This document shows positions 20,107 through 30,174 of a stretch of DNA of 64,000 bases, piece by piece (the stretch's first letter is position 1; each line of letters starts with the position of its first letter). The position numbers were made by a program, and so were the translations under genes. Source of the DNA: Abditibacterium sp. (GTDB lineage Bacteria > Armatimonadota > Abditibacteriia > Abditibacteriales > Abditibacteriaceae); NCBI GenBank assembly GCA_965246885.1, contig OZ251992.1, positions 576,001 to 640,000 of the forward strand, written 5' to 3'. The notes beneath the pieces were generated by a model. It saw only the letters and a list, made by a program, of their open reading frames with translations, did no database searches and had not been told where the DNA came from.

Positions 20107-21954
20107 TTACCGGGTGATGGAGATGTTCTTTTGGAGCACCTCCTGAATGAGGGCGTTGCTCGTGTCGTTTAGGCGGGCCGTGTAGAGAAAGCCGTTGCCG
20201 ATGGGCGCGTTGGGGTCTACTGTGAAGATGACGTTGACCGTTCCACTTCCGGCGCCCAGATTTACCGTCGCGCCGCCCAGCCATGCGAAGTTGTTGTAGG
20301 GGTTCTTGAGCGCCACTTCCAACTTGCGCGCGGTCGTTGCGCCATAGGAAACCGCGACGGTGATGTTTTGCCCCGGTTTGACCGAGGTGGGGCCGCTTAC
20401 GCTGTTGATGACGTCGGTCGTGTTGGCGATGGAGACGTTCTTTTGCGTTACCTCTTGAATCAGGTTATTGTTCGTGTCGTTTAGGCGCACCGTGTAGAGA
20501 AAGCCGTTGCCCAACGGCGCGTTGGCGGCGACGGGGAAGGAGAGGTCTATCGCACCGCTTCCGGCGGACACATTCACTGTCGCGCCGCCCAGCCACGCGA
20601 AGTTGTTGTAGGGGTTCTTGAGCGCCGCCTCGATTTTGCGCGCGGCCTTAGCGTTGTAAACCACGTGAACCGAAACGGTTTGTCCGGGGCGCACTGGCGT
20701 TGGGCCACTGACGGCGGAAATTGCGTCGGTGGTGGCGGGCGTTCCTCCCCCGCCAGTTCCGCCGTTTTCGGGGTAGGCGTTGCCCGCGATGGCGTTCAGG
20801 TAAGTCGTCATCACGAGCTTGTCGTGCCAGTTGCCGAGGTTGGTGTCTCCGTCGGTGTGCAAGGCGTCCAACACGGCTCCCGTTGTGTCGTTGCTCCACT
20901 GCGGGCCGCCCGCCCAGTAGGTGCATCCGACGATGACGTCGCTGTAGTTGTTGCGCACCGCAAGCACAAAGCGCGACAGTTCGGCTTGCCAGCCGCCCGC
21001 AACCGATGGCACGCTGAACTCGCCGATGAACCCCTTTTTCCCGTTGGCGCGCAGCCAGTCGGTGAAGTCTTTGATGGCCGCAACACTGCGCGTCAAGTCG
21101 CCGCCGGTTTGAAATTGGAAGTCCAGATTGGTGTTGTTGGAGTAGGTGCCAGAGCGGTCGCCGTCCCAATACGTGTGCCCCTCGAAGATGAGATTGTTCG
21201 CGGGGTCGCTCAGGTTCTTGAGCCGGTCGGAGTACTGCGTCCACCGGTCGGTGGGGGAGAACTGATAGCCTGCGACGAGGATCGGCTTGGAGGTGTCGGC
21301 GGTGCGCAGCGCCGCAATGGTGCTTTGCGCCATGTCGAACCAGAGTTGTTTGCCGGCGTCGTCCTCCGAGTCGCGGTTGCCCTGCGCGTTGAGGGCGCCC
21401 AAGTTGCGCGGCTCGTTCATGATGTCCCATCCCCAAATGGTGGCGGCGTAGTCTTGTTTCAGGCGCGGCACCAGCTTTTTCCACAGGTCGCCGAGCGCGC
21501 TTTTGTCGGTGTTGATGCCGGGAATGTATTCGGTGCGGCTGCCCGGCGCGACGTCCGTTTGGTAGAAGCGGGCGTAGTTGTGGCAGTCGGGAATGACTTT
21601 TAGCCCTTTGCCCTGCGCTTCGGCGAGGAAAGCGCGCATCCGTCCGACTTCGGTTTCGTCGAGCGGCCCGAACAAGGTGTGTTGCATCCGCTCCCAACGA
21701 AATGGCAGGCGCACAAGCTTTAACCCCTTACCCGCGTAGTAGGACAACTCGCTACCACCGGGCGCTTTCGGGCTGTCGTTGGGATAGCAGTAGTCGCTTC
21801 CATAGGTGCCCGGAAGCTGTTTGTAATCGGCGAACTCCGCACCCGCGAGGTTAGCGCCGAACTCGACGGCACGCGCACGCGGCGTGCAAGACCCCGCGCA
21901 ACTCGCGCACAGAAGCGCGGCCAGCAAAAGGCTGCTTTTATAGTGGATGTTCAT
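20107..21954 (-). CDS. Glycoside hydrolase family 5 paralog with two C-terminal ~104-aa modules
   Basis: Same GH5 motifs; strongly similar to 17195-18820; tandem modules start at 20733 and 20421. Confidence 0.9.
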   Translation of the reverse strand: MNIHYKSSLLLAALLCASCAGSCTPRARAVEFGANLAGAEFADYKQLPGTYGSDYCYPNDSPKAPGGSELSYYAGKGLKLVRLPFRWERMQHTLFGPLDETEVGRMRAFLAEAQGKGLKVIPDCHNYARFYQTDVAPGSRTEYIPGINTDKSALGDLWKKLVPRLKQDYAATIWGWDIMNEPRNLGALNAQGNRDSEDDAGKQLWFDMAQSTIAALRTADTSKPILVAGYQFSPTDRWTQYSDRLKNLSDPANNLIFEGHTYWDGDRSGTYSNNTNLDFQFQTGGDLTRSVAAIKDFTDWLRANGKKGFIGEFSVPSVAGGWQAELSRFVLAVRNNYSDVIVGCTYWAGGPQWSNDTTGAVLDALHTDGDTNLGNWHDKLVMTTYLNAIAGNAYPENGGTGGGGTPATTDAISAVSGPTPVRPGQTVSVHVVYNAKAARKIEAALKNPYNNFAWLGGATVNVSAGSGAIDLSFPVAANAPLGNGFLYTVRLNDTNNNLIQEVTQKNVSIANTTDVINSVSGPTSVKPGQNITVAVSYGATTARKLEVALKNPYNNFAWLGGATVNLGAGSGTVNVIFTVDPNAPIGNGFLYTARLNDTSNALIQEVLQKNISITR

Positions 21955-21956
21955 GG

Positions 21957-22002
21957 TTGACTGTCAAAGCAGAGTATGTCCATCGCCGACACGGTTCAAA
22001 CA
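21957..22002 (-). promoter_or_regulatory. Putative promoter TGTTTGAA-N16-CATACT with TTGACAGTCAA palindrome
   Basis: Palindrome ends 2 nt before the GH5 ATG; mirrors 19746-19791. Confidence 0.6.
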
Positions 22003-22016
22003 TTTCGCGCGAAAAT

Positions 22017-23033
22017 TTATCCTGTTGGCCCAATAGGGCGCACCGACGCCCGCTCCACGAGCGCGACCGGGATAGAATGGGAACACTTCGCCGCGCTTTG
22101 GCCTTTGATCTGGCAAACGAGGGATTCGATGGCTAAACGCCCAACTTCGGCGTAGGAGAAGCCCATCGTCGTCAGGCCGCGCCGCGCGCCTTCAATTGAG
22201 TTGTCCACGCCGATCAGAGAGACATCTTCCGGCACGCGCAGGCCGTGCGCTTCGAGGGCGTCCCACAGTTCCAACGCGAGGTGGTCGTTCAGGCACACGA
22301 CGGCGGTGGGGCGCAGCGCGAGTAGGGCGGGGACGGCGCTGGGCGTTTCCTCGTAGCGCGCCGCCACCACCCAGTCGGCACTTCCTGTCAATCCGAGGGC
22401 GTTCATGGCGTCGGCGAAATGGGTGCGGCGCTGGATGGTATCGAAGATGGGCTGCGATTCCTCCGTCAGGTGCGCGATGCGCGTATGGCCCCGACTGCGC
22501 AGGTGCTCGACGGCGCCGAACATGGCGGCGCGGTTGTCGGGGTCTACCCACGCCACACCGTCGGGCACATCGCGGCGGTAGCAGACGATGGTCGGGATTT
22601 TATGGCGAACAAGTGTTTCGAGCGTGGCGTGGCTGGCGCCAATGACGGGCGAGGCGAACACGAAGCCGTCGCTGCGGCGGTCGAGGAACTGCACTTCGCC
22701 CCGGTCAAGCGCCCAATCCGGGTCGGGGCGCAGAAGTGTCAAGAGGTCGTAGCCGTGTTCAAGGGCGCTTTGGCACATGCCGTCGTAGGTTTCGGCGTGG
22801 ATGTTCCACCACACGCGGCGCGGCGTGCCGAGCGAGAGGGCGAAGACGCGCGTCGGGACGTGGCGGTTTTGCAGCGCCGAACGGACGGGAACGTACTCCA
22901 ATTCGCGCACCGCGTCTAACACGGCGCGTTGCTTGTCGGGCGTCACGACTCCAGTGCGTCCAAGCAGCACATTGGAAACGGTAGTGCGCGACACTCCCGC
23001 CCGTTGCGCGACTTGGCGAATCGTTGACCTCAT
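22017..23033 (-). CDS. LacI family transcriptional regulator
   Basis: 'TIRQVAQRAGVSRTTVSNVL', 'GHTRIAH', 'VPEDVSLIGVDN', 'LVERASV'. Confidence 0.93.
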   Translation of the reverse strand: MRSTIRQVAQRAGVSRTTVSNVLLGRTGVVTPDKQRAVLDAVRELEYVPVRSALQNRHVPTRVFALSLGTPRRVWWNIHAETYDGMCQSALEHGYDLLTLLRPDPDWALDRGEVQFLDRRSDGFVFASPVIGASHATLETLVRHKIPTIVCYRRDVPDGVAWVDPDNRAAMFGAVEHLRSRGHTRIAHLTEESQPIFDTIQRRTHFADAMNALGLTGSADWVVAARYEETPSAVPALLALRPTAVVCLNDHLALELWDALEAHGLRVPEDVSLIGVDNSIEGARRGLTTMGFSYAEVGRLAIESLVCQIKGQSAAKCSHSIPVALVERASVRPIGPTG

Positions 23034-23177
23034 GGGGTGCTTCAAACACTGTGAGTATGTCTGAAATTTCACTTTCCCTTAAACACGGGGCAAATCGAGG
23101 ACAGACGCCCACGTTTGGGGTTGAAAACTTCGGTCAAATACGGCAACCTTAGGGCGCGCGACACTTCGCTTTCTCTG

Positions 23178-25043
23178 ATGAACTCTTCGACACCCCGTCC
23201 CGAATACCCGCGCCCCCAATTTGTGCGCGACCGTTGGCTCTGCTTGAATGGCGAGTGGGACTTTGAAATAGATGGCGGCGACTCCGGCTTCGCGCGCGGT
23301 TTCGTCAAGCCCGGCCACGCCCTGAGTGGGCGCATCACCGTGCCCTTTTGCCCGGAATCGGTTTTGTCCGGCGTAGGACACACCGACTTTATGAACGCCG
23401 TTTGGTATAAACGGCGCGTCCACATCCCCGCCGAGTGGAAAGGGCAAAAGCTGCTGCTTCATTTTGGCGCCGTTGATTACGACGCGACCGTGTGGGTGAA
23501 CGGCGTCGAAGTCGGTCGCCATCGTGGTGGCTTCACGCCCTTCGAGTGCCCCTTGCAGGAGTTGGCGAGCGGCGGCGACGAGATCGAGATTTGCGTGCGC
23601 GCCCGCGACGACAACGCCACTCCCAAGCCGCGCGGCAAGCAGTCGCAACTCTTGCACAATCACGGCTGCTTTTACACCCGCACGACTGGCATCTGGCAAA
23701 CCGTGTGGATTGAGCCGGTCGGCGACACCCACCTCCTGCGCCCGCGCATCACGCCCGAAGTCGGGCCGGGGCGCTTCCGCTTGGAACAGCGCATTGCCAA
23801 CAACCACCCCGGCCTCATCCTGCGCGCCACCCTCTTGGATAAAGAGGGCGCCATCACGACAGTGCAAACCGCGACCGGCTACGACCTCACGCCCCGCCTC
23901 GATCTCGACATCCCGCGCGACCGTCGCCACCTCTGGGAAGTGGGCGACGGCTTTCTCTACGACATCGCCATCGAACTGGTGGACGAAGCGGGCACCGTTG
24001 TTGACTCCTGCCAAACCTACGCGGGCCTGCGCTCCATCCAAATCGAGGGCAAGGCCATCAAGCTCAACGGGCGCAGTGTCTTTCAGCGCCTCGTCCTCGA
24101 CCAAGGCTATTACGCGGACGGCATCATGACGGCCCCGACCGACGCCGACTTGGTGCGCGACATCGAACTGGGCATCAAAGCGGGCTTTAACGGCGCGCGC
24201 TTGCACCAGAAGGTCTTTGAGGAGCGCTTCTTGTATCACGCCGACCGCATGGGATATCTGTGCTGGGGCGAGTTCGCTGACTGGGGCTGCCGCTACACCA
24301 CCATTGACAATACCGCGCAGTTTCACGGCATCACTTTCGCGGCGCAGTGGGCCGAAGCGTTGGAGCGCGACTACTCGCATCCGTGCATCATCGGTTGGTG
24401 CCCGCTCAACGAGACCTATCAAGAAATCCGCGACGAGATCACCGAACTCGACGACGCCGCGCACGCCATGTATTGGATGACCAAACTGCTCGATACCACG
24501 CGCCCCGTCATAGACGCTTCCGGTTACAGCCACCGCGTCTCCCAAACCGACGTTTACGACTCGCACGACTACGAGCAAAACCCCAAGAAATTCAAGAAGA
24601 ACCAAGCCGGTTTAGCCAAGAACAAGCCGTTCCTCAATACCGGTGGCAAAGACCGGCCCTTCTCCATCGCGTATCGGGGTCAGCCCTACTTTGTTTCGGA
24701 GTTCGGCGGCATCCACTGGAACCCCGCAGCCAGAAAAATCGAGAAATCCGTGTGGGAAGGCGATTGGGGTGACACAAGCGAAGAAGGCTCCGCCATCAAC
24801 ACATCATGGGGCTACGGCTCCAGCCCCAAGTCGCTCGAAGAGTTCTACGCCCGCTTCGATGGTTTATGCGGCGTTCTGCTTGAAAACCCCGACATGTTCG
24901 GCTACTGCTACACCCAACTCACCGACGTCTTCCAAGAGGAGAACGGCATCTACAACTTCGACCGGAGCGAGAAGTTCGACATGGAGAAGATAGCCGCCGC
25001 CCAAACCAAACGGGCGGCCATCGAAAAGAAGGACAAACAGTAA
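23178..25043 (+). CDS. Glycoside hydrolase family 2 (beta-galactosidase/glucuronidase-like), no signal peptide
   Basis: 'PRPEYPRPQF', 'LHFGAVDY', 'GIWQTVW', 'WCPLNE', 'VSEFGG', 'YCYTQLTDVFQEENG'. Confidence 0.9.
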   Translation: MNSSTPRPEYPRPQFVRDRWLCLNGEWDFEIDGGDSGFARGFVKPGHALSGRITVPFCPESVLSGVGHTDFMNAVWYKRRVHIPAEWKGQKLLLHFGAVDYDATVWVNGVEVGRHRGGFTPFECPLQELASGGDEIEICVRARDDNATPKPRGKQSQLLHNHGCFYTRTTGIWQTVWIEPVGDTHLLRPRITPEVGPGRFRLEQRIANNHPGLILRATLLDKEGAITTVQTATGYDLTPRLDLDIPRDRRHLWEVGDGFLYDIAIELVDEAGTVVDSCQTYAGLRSIQIEGKAIKLNGRSVFQRLVLDQGYYADGIMTAPTDADLVRDIELGIKAGFNGARLHQKVFEERFLYHADRMGYLCWGEFADWGCRYTTIDNTAQFHGITFAAQWAEALERDYSHPCIIGWCPLNETYQEIRDEITELDDAAHAMYWMTKLLDTTRPVIDASGYSHRVSQTDVYDSHDYEQNPKKFKKNQAGLAKNKPFLNTGGKDRPFSIAYRGQPYFVSEFGGIHWNPAARKIEKSVWEGDWGDTSEEGSAINTSWGYGSSPKSLEEFYARFDGLCGVLLENPDMFGYCYTQLTDVFQEENGIYNFDRSEKFDMEKIAAAQTKRAAIEKKDKQ

Positions 25044-25106
25044 ATGGGAAAAAGGGTTGTTGAGGGCCTAAACAACGTTTGAAATGGGGCGAGGAAGTCC
25101 CCGTTG

Positions 25107-25203
25107 TCGTCATGCTGAGCCTGCGAAGGATCTATAGTTACTGCGTAGAGGGCGTAACTGTAGAAGGCGTTGCTATAGATTCTTCGCAGGCTCAGCATGA
25201 CGA
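25107..25203. repeat. REP-like inverted repeat (GTCATGCTGAG...AGATTCTTC type)
   Basis: 31-bp arms 25107-25137 and 25173-25203, one mismatch. Confidence 0.85.
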
Positions 25204-25306
25204 GGGGCGCGGCTTTTGCGACCTGATAGGGACATCAGTTGCATCGCTCACTCAGGACGAAACTGCCGCTTTTTCCGCCCGTCCACTGCTTTGCAAGGCA
25301 CTTCCC

Positions 25307-26248
25307 ATGCTCTCCTTTGAACCGCGCGAAGTGCGTTGGGAACGGATGTTCCCCGATGAACTCGAAGCGGCGTTCGCCGCCTGCCCGACGCTGTACCTGC
25401 CGCAAGGGATGTGCGAGCCGCACGGCCCCGCGTGCGCGCTGGGGCTGGACGGTCTCAAAGCGGGCGCGCTGTGCGAGATGGCGGCGCGGGTAAGCGGGGG
25501 CATCGTGGCGCCGACCGATTACTGGCACATTCACGAACTGGGCGGCTACGCGGCGTGGTCAGAGCGCAACGTCGGCGAAGTCGCGCGCACATGGCTGACC
25601 GCGCTTCCGCCTTGGCAGCACTTCAAGAACCTGTGCTATCATCTGCGCGCCGCCGACGCGCTGGGCTTCGAGGCCGTCGTTGTGCTGACGGGACACTATG
25701 GCCCGAACTGGCGCGACCTTCAAACGCTGCTCAGTTGGATACAGCCGCGCATCGGCGCGCGCTTGCTCGGCCTGCCCGACTTCGAGGCGAACGCGCCCGG
25801 CCTCAATGGTCACACCGGCGACCACGCCGGAGCGGTCGAGACCAGTTTGCTGTGGGCGCTCGCGCCGGACTGCGTGGACACCTCGCGCTTTCCCGCGCCG
25901 GACGACGCACGCGGCGCTCCGCACTTCGCGCTTGGCCCGACGGCGCGGATGGCCAATCGCGTCGAAGGGCAGCGCATGGCGCGCGACATCGCGCGTTATT
26001 TGGGCGAGCGCGCCGCGCAGTTGCGCGTCGAGTTCAGCCAGTCGAAAGGGGCGGCACGCCTGCGGACTTTCGCGCAAGTCGAGGCGCTGTGGCTCGAACT
26101 GGTCGCGCCGCGTTTGGGCGAACTGGAAACCATGCGCGAGTGGAGCGACCTCCCCGGCGCTTCGCCGGAGCCGTCCGCTAATTCTCGTTGGCACGCGAAC
26201 TGGGCAATTCCCGAAATTATCGCGTCACCCACGTCTGTCAGTGAGTGA
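25307..26248 (+). CDS. Creatininase family protein
   Basis: 'GMCEPHG...GLDG', 'TGHYG', 'GDHAGAVETS'. Confidence 0.85.
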   Translation: MLSFEPREVRWERMFPDELEAAFAACPTLYLPQGMCEPHGPACALGLDGLKAGALCEMAARVSGGIVAPTDYWHIHELGGYAAWSERNVGEVARTWLTALPPWQHFKNLCYHLRAADALGFEAVVVLTGHYGPNWRDLQTLLSWIQPRIGARLLGLPDFEANAPGLNGHTGDHAGAVETSLLWALAPDCVDTSRFPAPDDARGAPHFALGPTARMANRVEGQRMARDIARYLGERAAQLRVEFSQSKGAARLRTFAQVEALWLELVAPRLGELETMREWSDLPGASPEPSANSRWHANWAIPEIIASPTSVSE

Positions 26249-26486
26249 CCCGTGTCTGTGGGCGATTCCCGGACGTCTGTCAGTGATTCCCACGCGTCCG
26301 GGAATCGCCCACCCACGCGCGGGACGCACTGACACACGCGCGGGACGCACTGACACACGCGCGGGACGCACTGACACACGCGCGGGACGCACTGACACAC
26401 GCGCGGGACGCACTGACACACGCGCGGGACGCACTGACACACGCGCGGGACGCACTGACACACGCGTGGGAATCACCGACAGACAC
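26232..26486. repeat. 21-bp repeat element: 3 degenerate units, then inverted units including 7 perfect copies
   Basis: CACGCGCGGGACGCACTGACA x7 at 26314-26460; GTCTGT cores at 26233, 26254, 26275 in the opposite orientation. Confidence 0.92.
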
Positions 26487-26524
26487 CGTTCGGGCGCTGG
26501 TGCGCTAAACCTTGGGGAGGTAAT

Positions 26525-28990
26525 ATGTCATCCACCCGCCCTGCGCCCGCGCGCGCCGTTCGCAATGTGTCCGATTTGGACGCGCCGCAGTGGTTCCAAA
26601 ACCGCGAACTGTCGTGGCTCGAATTTAATGGGCGCGTGTTGGAAGAAGCGCAGGACGAGGGCAACCCACCCTTGGAGCGCCTCAAGTTTCTGGCGATTGT
26701 GGCCAGCAACTTGGATGAGTTCTTCGAGATTCGCGTGGCGGGCTTGCAACGTCAGGCCGAAACGCGCCCCGACGAAGCGGAGATAGACGGCTTGGGCGCC
26801 AGTGACTCGCTCGACGCCATCGCGCTACGCGCGAAAAAGCTGGTGGCCGACCAATACGCGTGCTACCGCAATGGTGTGGTGCCTTCGCTCAGCGCGGCGG
26901 GGATTGACCTCTTCACGGTGGACGAATTGGACGAGCGGGGCCGCGCATGGGCCGCGTCTTACTTTGCGCGGGAAGTTTTTCCCGTCTTGACGCCCCTCGC
27001 CATAGACCCCGCGCACCCCTTTCCGCAGTTGGCGAACAAGTCGCTCAATCTGGTGGTGGAGCTTCGCGTGACGGACACCGAAGGCGAAATAGACGGCATG
27101 TTGCACGACCATCAGCACGTCGAGTTCCGGCTGGGGGTGGTGCAAGTGCCGCGTATTTTGCCGCGCCTGTTGGAAGTGCCCGCCGAGTTCGCGCCCAAGG
27201 GACGCAAGATATACCTGTTTCTGTCCAGCCTCATTTCGGCGTTCATCGGCGGGCTGTTTCCGGGGCTGGAAGTGCGCGGTTGCTACGCTTTTCGCCTCAC
27301 GCGCAACTCCGAACTGTTTCTGGACGAGGACGAAGCGGACAATCTATTGGAAGCGATGCAAGAGCAACTCGCCAGCCGACGCAAGGGCGATGCGGTGCGC
27401 CTCGAAGTGCAGCGCGGCGCCGACCCGCATATCATCTCGCTCCTGCTCGAAACCTTTGAACTGGACGCGGTGGACTTGTATGAAGTGGATGGCCCCATCA
27501 ACCTGACGCGCTTGATGGCCATTTATTCCGCCGAGAACCGCGCCGACCTCAAGGACGCGCCGCTTCGCTCGCAGACGCCGCCGGGTCTTAAGGGTGTGGA
27601 CGGCGCCGACGAGTTTTTCGCGGCGGTCAAAGCGGGCGACATCCTGCTCCATCACCCCTACAACAGCTTCCGGCCCGTCGTGAAGTTCGTCCAACTCGCA
27701 TCGGAAGACCCGCAAGTGCTGGCCATAAAAATCACCCTCTATCGGACAAGCAAGGACTCGCCGATTGTGCGCGCTCTCATGCGCGCGGCGCAAAACGGCA
27801 AGCAGGTGACGGCTTTGGTGGAACTCAAAGCGCGCTTTGACGAGGAGAACAACATCGCGTGGGCCAAGGCGATGGAGGACGCGGGCGTGCATGTGGTGTA
27901 TGGTTTAGTGGGCCTCAAGACGCACTCGAAACTGGCGTTCGTGGTGCGCCGCGAGGAAGACGGCATCCGCCGTTACGTGCACCTTGGAACAGGGAACTAC
28001 AACGAGGTGACGGCGCGCATTTACACCGACATCGGTCTGCTCACCGCCAACGCGGAGATAGGCGAGGACGCCGGAAAGATATTCAACTTGCTGACCGGTA
28101 TGAGCCAGTTCCCCGGCCTGACGCACCTGATGATGGCGCCTTTTGGCCTCGAAGAAGCCTTCACCAAGCGCATCGAGCGCCTGACATCGCTCGCCAAAAA
28201 GCAGAAGCGCGCGCACGCCCAAAGTGGCAACGGCTCCGAAGCCGCCAAGCCGCCGCGCATCATTGCAAAGATGAACGCCCTCCTCGATGCCGGGGTCATC
28301 AAGGCGCTTTATAAGGCCAGCCAAGCGGGGGTGCAGGTTGACCTGATCGTGAGGGGAATGTGCGCGCTTCGTCCGGGGGTGCCAGGGTTGTCGGATAACA
28401 TCCGCGTCCGATCGGTGATCGGACGCTTCTTGGAGCACTCGCGTGTCTTTTATTTTGAAGGCGGCGACGAGGCCGAGGTGCTGTGCGGCAGCGCCGATTG
28501 GATGCCGCGCAACTTTTTTCGGCGCGTCGAGGTGGTGTTTCCCATCCTTGACCCCCTCCTGCGGGAGCGCGTGGTGCGCGATGTGCTTCTCCGTGCCCTC
28601 GCGGACAACACCAAAGCACGCGAATTACTGGCCGACGGCACGCACAAGCGCGTCACGCGCGGCGGGGGCGAGGTGCCGCGCGACTTTCAAGCGGAACTGA
28701 TGCAACTCGCCGCGCCCCCCGTTTCCCCGAAAAGTGCGCCCGATGCGCCAGAGCGTCCCACTTCCAAAGCGGCGCCCAAGCCCCTGTCCAAAGCGGCGGC
28801 GCTGCGCGCCTCGCAGGTGGTCGCGCCGGTGGATGGCCTGCCCGGAACCGGCGCCGACCCGGTCTTGCAATCGCTCCAGCACTCCCTCTCCCAACCGCGC
28901 CGCGCCGAGCGCCCCGACGCTGGAATGACCGCACTCAAGACCGACACGCCGCGCGAGGAAACCGACGACGAAGACGACGGGGAGGAGTAG
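26525..28990 (+). CDS. ppk1: Polyphosphate kinase 1
   Basis: 'NRELSWLEFN', 'SNLDEFF', 'LLHHPY', 'ELKARFDEENNI', 'HLGTGNYN', 'SADWMPRN'; GGAGG SD upstream. Confidence 0.97.
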   Translation: MSSTRPAPARAVRNVSDLDAPQWFQNRELSWLEFNGRVLEEAQDEGNPPLERLKFLAIVASNLDEFFEIRVAGLQRQAETRPDEAEIDGLGASDSLDAIALRAKKLVADQYACYRNGVVPSLSAAGIDLFTVDELDERGRAWAASYFAREVFPVLTPLAIDPAHPFPQLANKSLNLVVELRVTDTEGEIDGMLHDHQHVEFRLGVVQVPRILPRLLEVPAEFAPKGRKIYLFLSSLISAFIGGLFPGLEVRGCYAFRLTRNSELFLDEDEADNLLEAMQEQLASRRKGDAVRLEVQRGADPHIISLLLETFELDAVDLYEVDGPINLTRLMAIYSAENRADLKDAPLRSQTPPGLKGVDGADEFFAAVKAGDILLHHPYNSFRPVVKFVQLASEDPQVLAIKITLYRTSKDSPIVRALMRAAQNGKQVTALVELKARFDEENNIAWAKAMEDAGVHVVYGLVGLKTHSKLAFVVRREEDGIRRYVHLGTGNYNEVTARIYTDIGLLTANAEIGEDAGKIFNLLTGMSQFPGLTHLMMAPFGLEEAFTKRIERLTSLAKKQKRAHAQSGNGSEAAKPPRIIAKMNALLDAGVIKALYKASQAGVQVDLIVRGMCALRPGVPGLSDNIRVRSVIGRFLEHSRVFYFEGGDEAEVLCGSADWMPRNFFRRVEVVFPILDPLLRERVVRDVLLRALADNTKARELLADGTHKRVTRGGGEVPRDFQAELMQLAAPPVSPKSAPDAPERPTSKAAPKPLSKAAALRASQVVAPVDGLPGTGADPVLQSLQHSLSQPRRAERPDAGMTALKTDTPREETDDEDDGEE

Positions 28991-29056
28991 CGCCAACCAC
29001 CAGCGCCGCCTCCCTTTCAGTTGGCGTGGCTTGGGAACCCTTTGCGGGTTAAGAGT

Positions 29057-29102
29057 AGACACAAAGCAACGCGGCGCGTTTCGCAAGGGAAACGCGCCGC
29101 GC
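29057..29102 (-). terminator. Hairpin downstream of DUF1559 gene, near-identical to 33041-33085
   Basis: CGCGGCGCGTTTC-gcaagg-GAAACGCGCCGCG with shared flank AGACACAAAGCAA. Confidence 0.7.
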
Positions 29103-29121
29103 AGAGGGAACTTTGCGCTGT

Positions 29122-30012
29122 CTATTTGGGGCTAAAGGTGGCAGCGTAGCCGGGAGCGTCCGTCCCGGCGGCGGCAGTTGCGGTTTGGGCCGCCGTCGAG
29201 GACGCGGCGGAGGTGCCCGGCGAAACGGCGCCACCCTTGAGCCACTTGACGTGGCCGTCGCAGAAGAGGAAGTTCGACCCCTCCAAATGGATGCCGTTGG
29301 GAGTAGTCACGTTGGCTCTGGCCGGAGTCGCAGTGGCGGGCACCGTTTGTCCGCTCATCGCCCCGGTGTTATAGTAGCCGCTGGGTTTGGTGCCGTCGCA
29401 CGTGCCCAACATATTGCCAGCCGTGCCATTGCCCGTTAAGGAGGTCGTGTCGGTGCCGCCAAAGGTGAGTTCGGGGACGCCCTGCGTCAGAATGGTACCG
29501 TCCAGCCCGCCCAGCACAGGTTCGGCAGACATATGCGCTTCAAACAACAACACCGTTTTAGCGGTGCTGTTGAACGCCGACAAAGCGCCCTTGACGCCCG
29601 ATCCGGGGGTGCCATCCGATCCGATGCTCATATTAGTGGCGTAGGAAACGGGAACCCGTCCCCCGCGCAGCTTGACCGGCCCATCGCTGGGGCACACGTA
29701 GACTTGCTCGCTCTTCACGTAGGGATAGACCGCAGCGCCCCAACCGTAAGGGAAGTAGTAGCCCAAGTCGGTGCAGTTGCTCACGCCGACGAAGTATTTC
29801 TCGTCGTAGTCCTGCGTGTATTGTGCGAAGCCTAATCCCAACTGCTTGAGGTTAGACTGGCAGGAAGCGCGGCGGGCATTTTCTCTGGCGCGGGCGAAAG
29901 CGGGGAAAAGAATAGCGGCGAGAATAGCGATGATGGCAATAACTACGAGCAATTCTATAAGCGTGAATCCCTTAGCAGCGCCTCCTCCCTTTGTGTGAAC
30001 GATGTGTTTCAT
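29122..30012 (-). CDS. Prepilin-type DUF1559 / H-X9-DG protein
   Basis: '[15 protein letters not shown]', '[11 protein letters not shown]', '[16 protein letters not shown]'. Confidence 0.92.
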   Translation of the reverse strand: MKHIVHTKGGGAAKGFTLIELLVVIAIIAILAAILFPAFARARENARRASCQSNLKQLGLGFAQYTQDYDEKYFVGVSNCTDLGYYFPYGWGAAVYPYVKSEQVYVCPSDGPVKLRGGRVPVSYATNMSIGSDGTPGSGVKGALSAFNSTAKTVLLFEAHMSAEPVLGGLDGTILTQGVPELTFGGTDTTSLTGNGTAGNMLGTCDGTKPSGYYNTGAMSGQTVPATATPARANVTTPNGIHLEGSNFLFCDGHVKWLKGGAVSPGTSAASSTAAQTATAAAGTDAPGYAATFSPK

Positions 30013-30134
30013 AATGGTTAGTAGGCCGTTGCGGTTCCCGCCTCTTGCCGCACACAGGCGAGCGAGGCGGGTGGCGGCTCAGGCCGATACACCCACAGTA
30101 TGCCCAAACGCGACCCGCTTCTAACACTTGCGCG
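29843..30134. repeat. Direct repeat (copy A) of promoter, leader and pilin N-terminus; copy B is 3870 bp downstream
   Basis: Aligns without gaps to 33713-34004. Confidence 0.9.
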
Positions 30135-30174
30135 GGAAGTTTCTTTCGCCCGCTTCTCCAGTCGCAACCGCGCT

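Noticed and set aside
25079..25306. N-terminal extension of the creatininase ORF
   Set aside because: It translates an inverted repeat; family similarity begins near 25307.
26314..26460. CRISPR array
   Set aside because: Units are contiguous with no unique spacers, and there are no cas genes. The same applies to 11118-11201.
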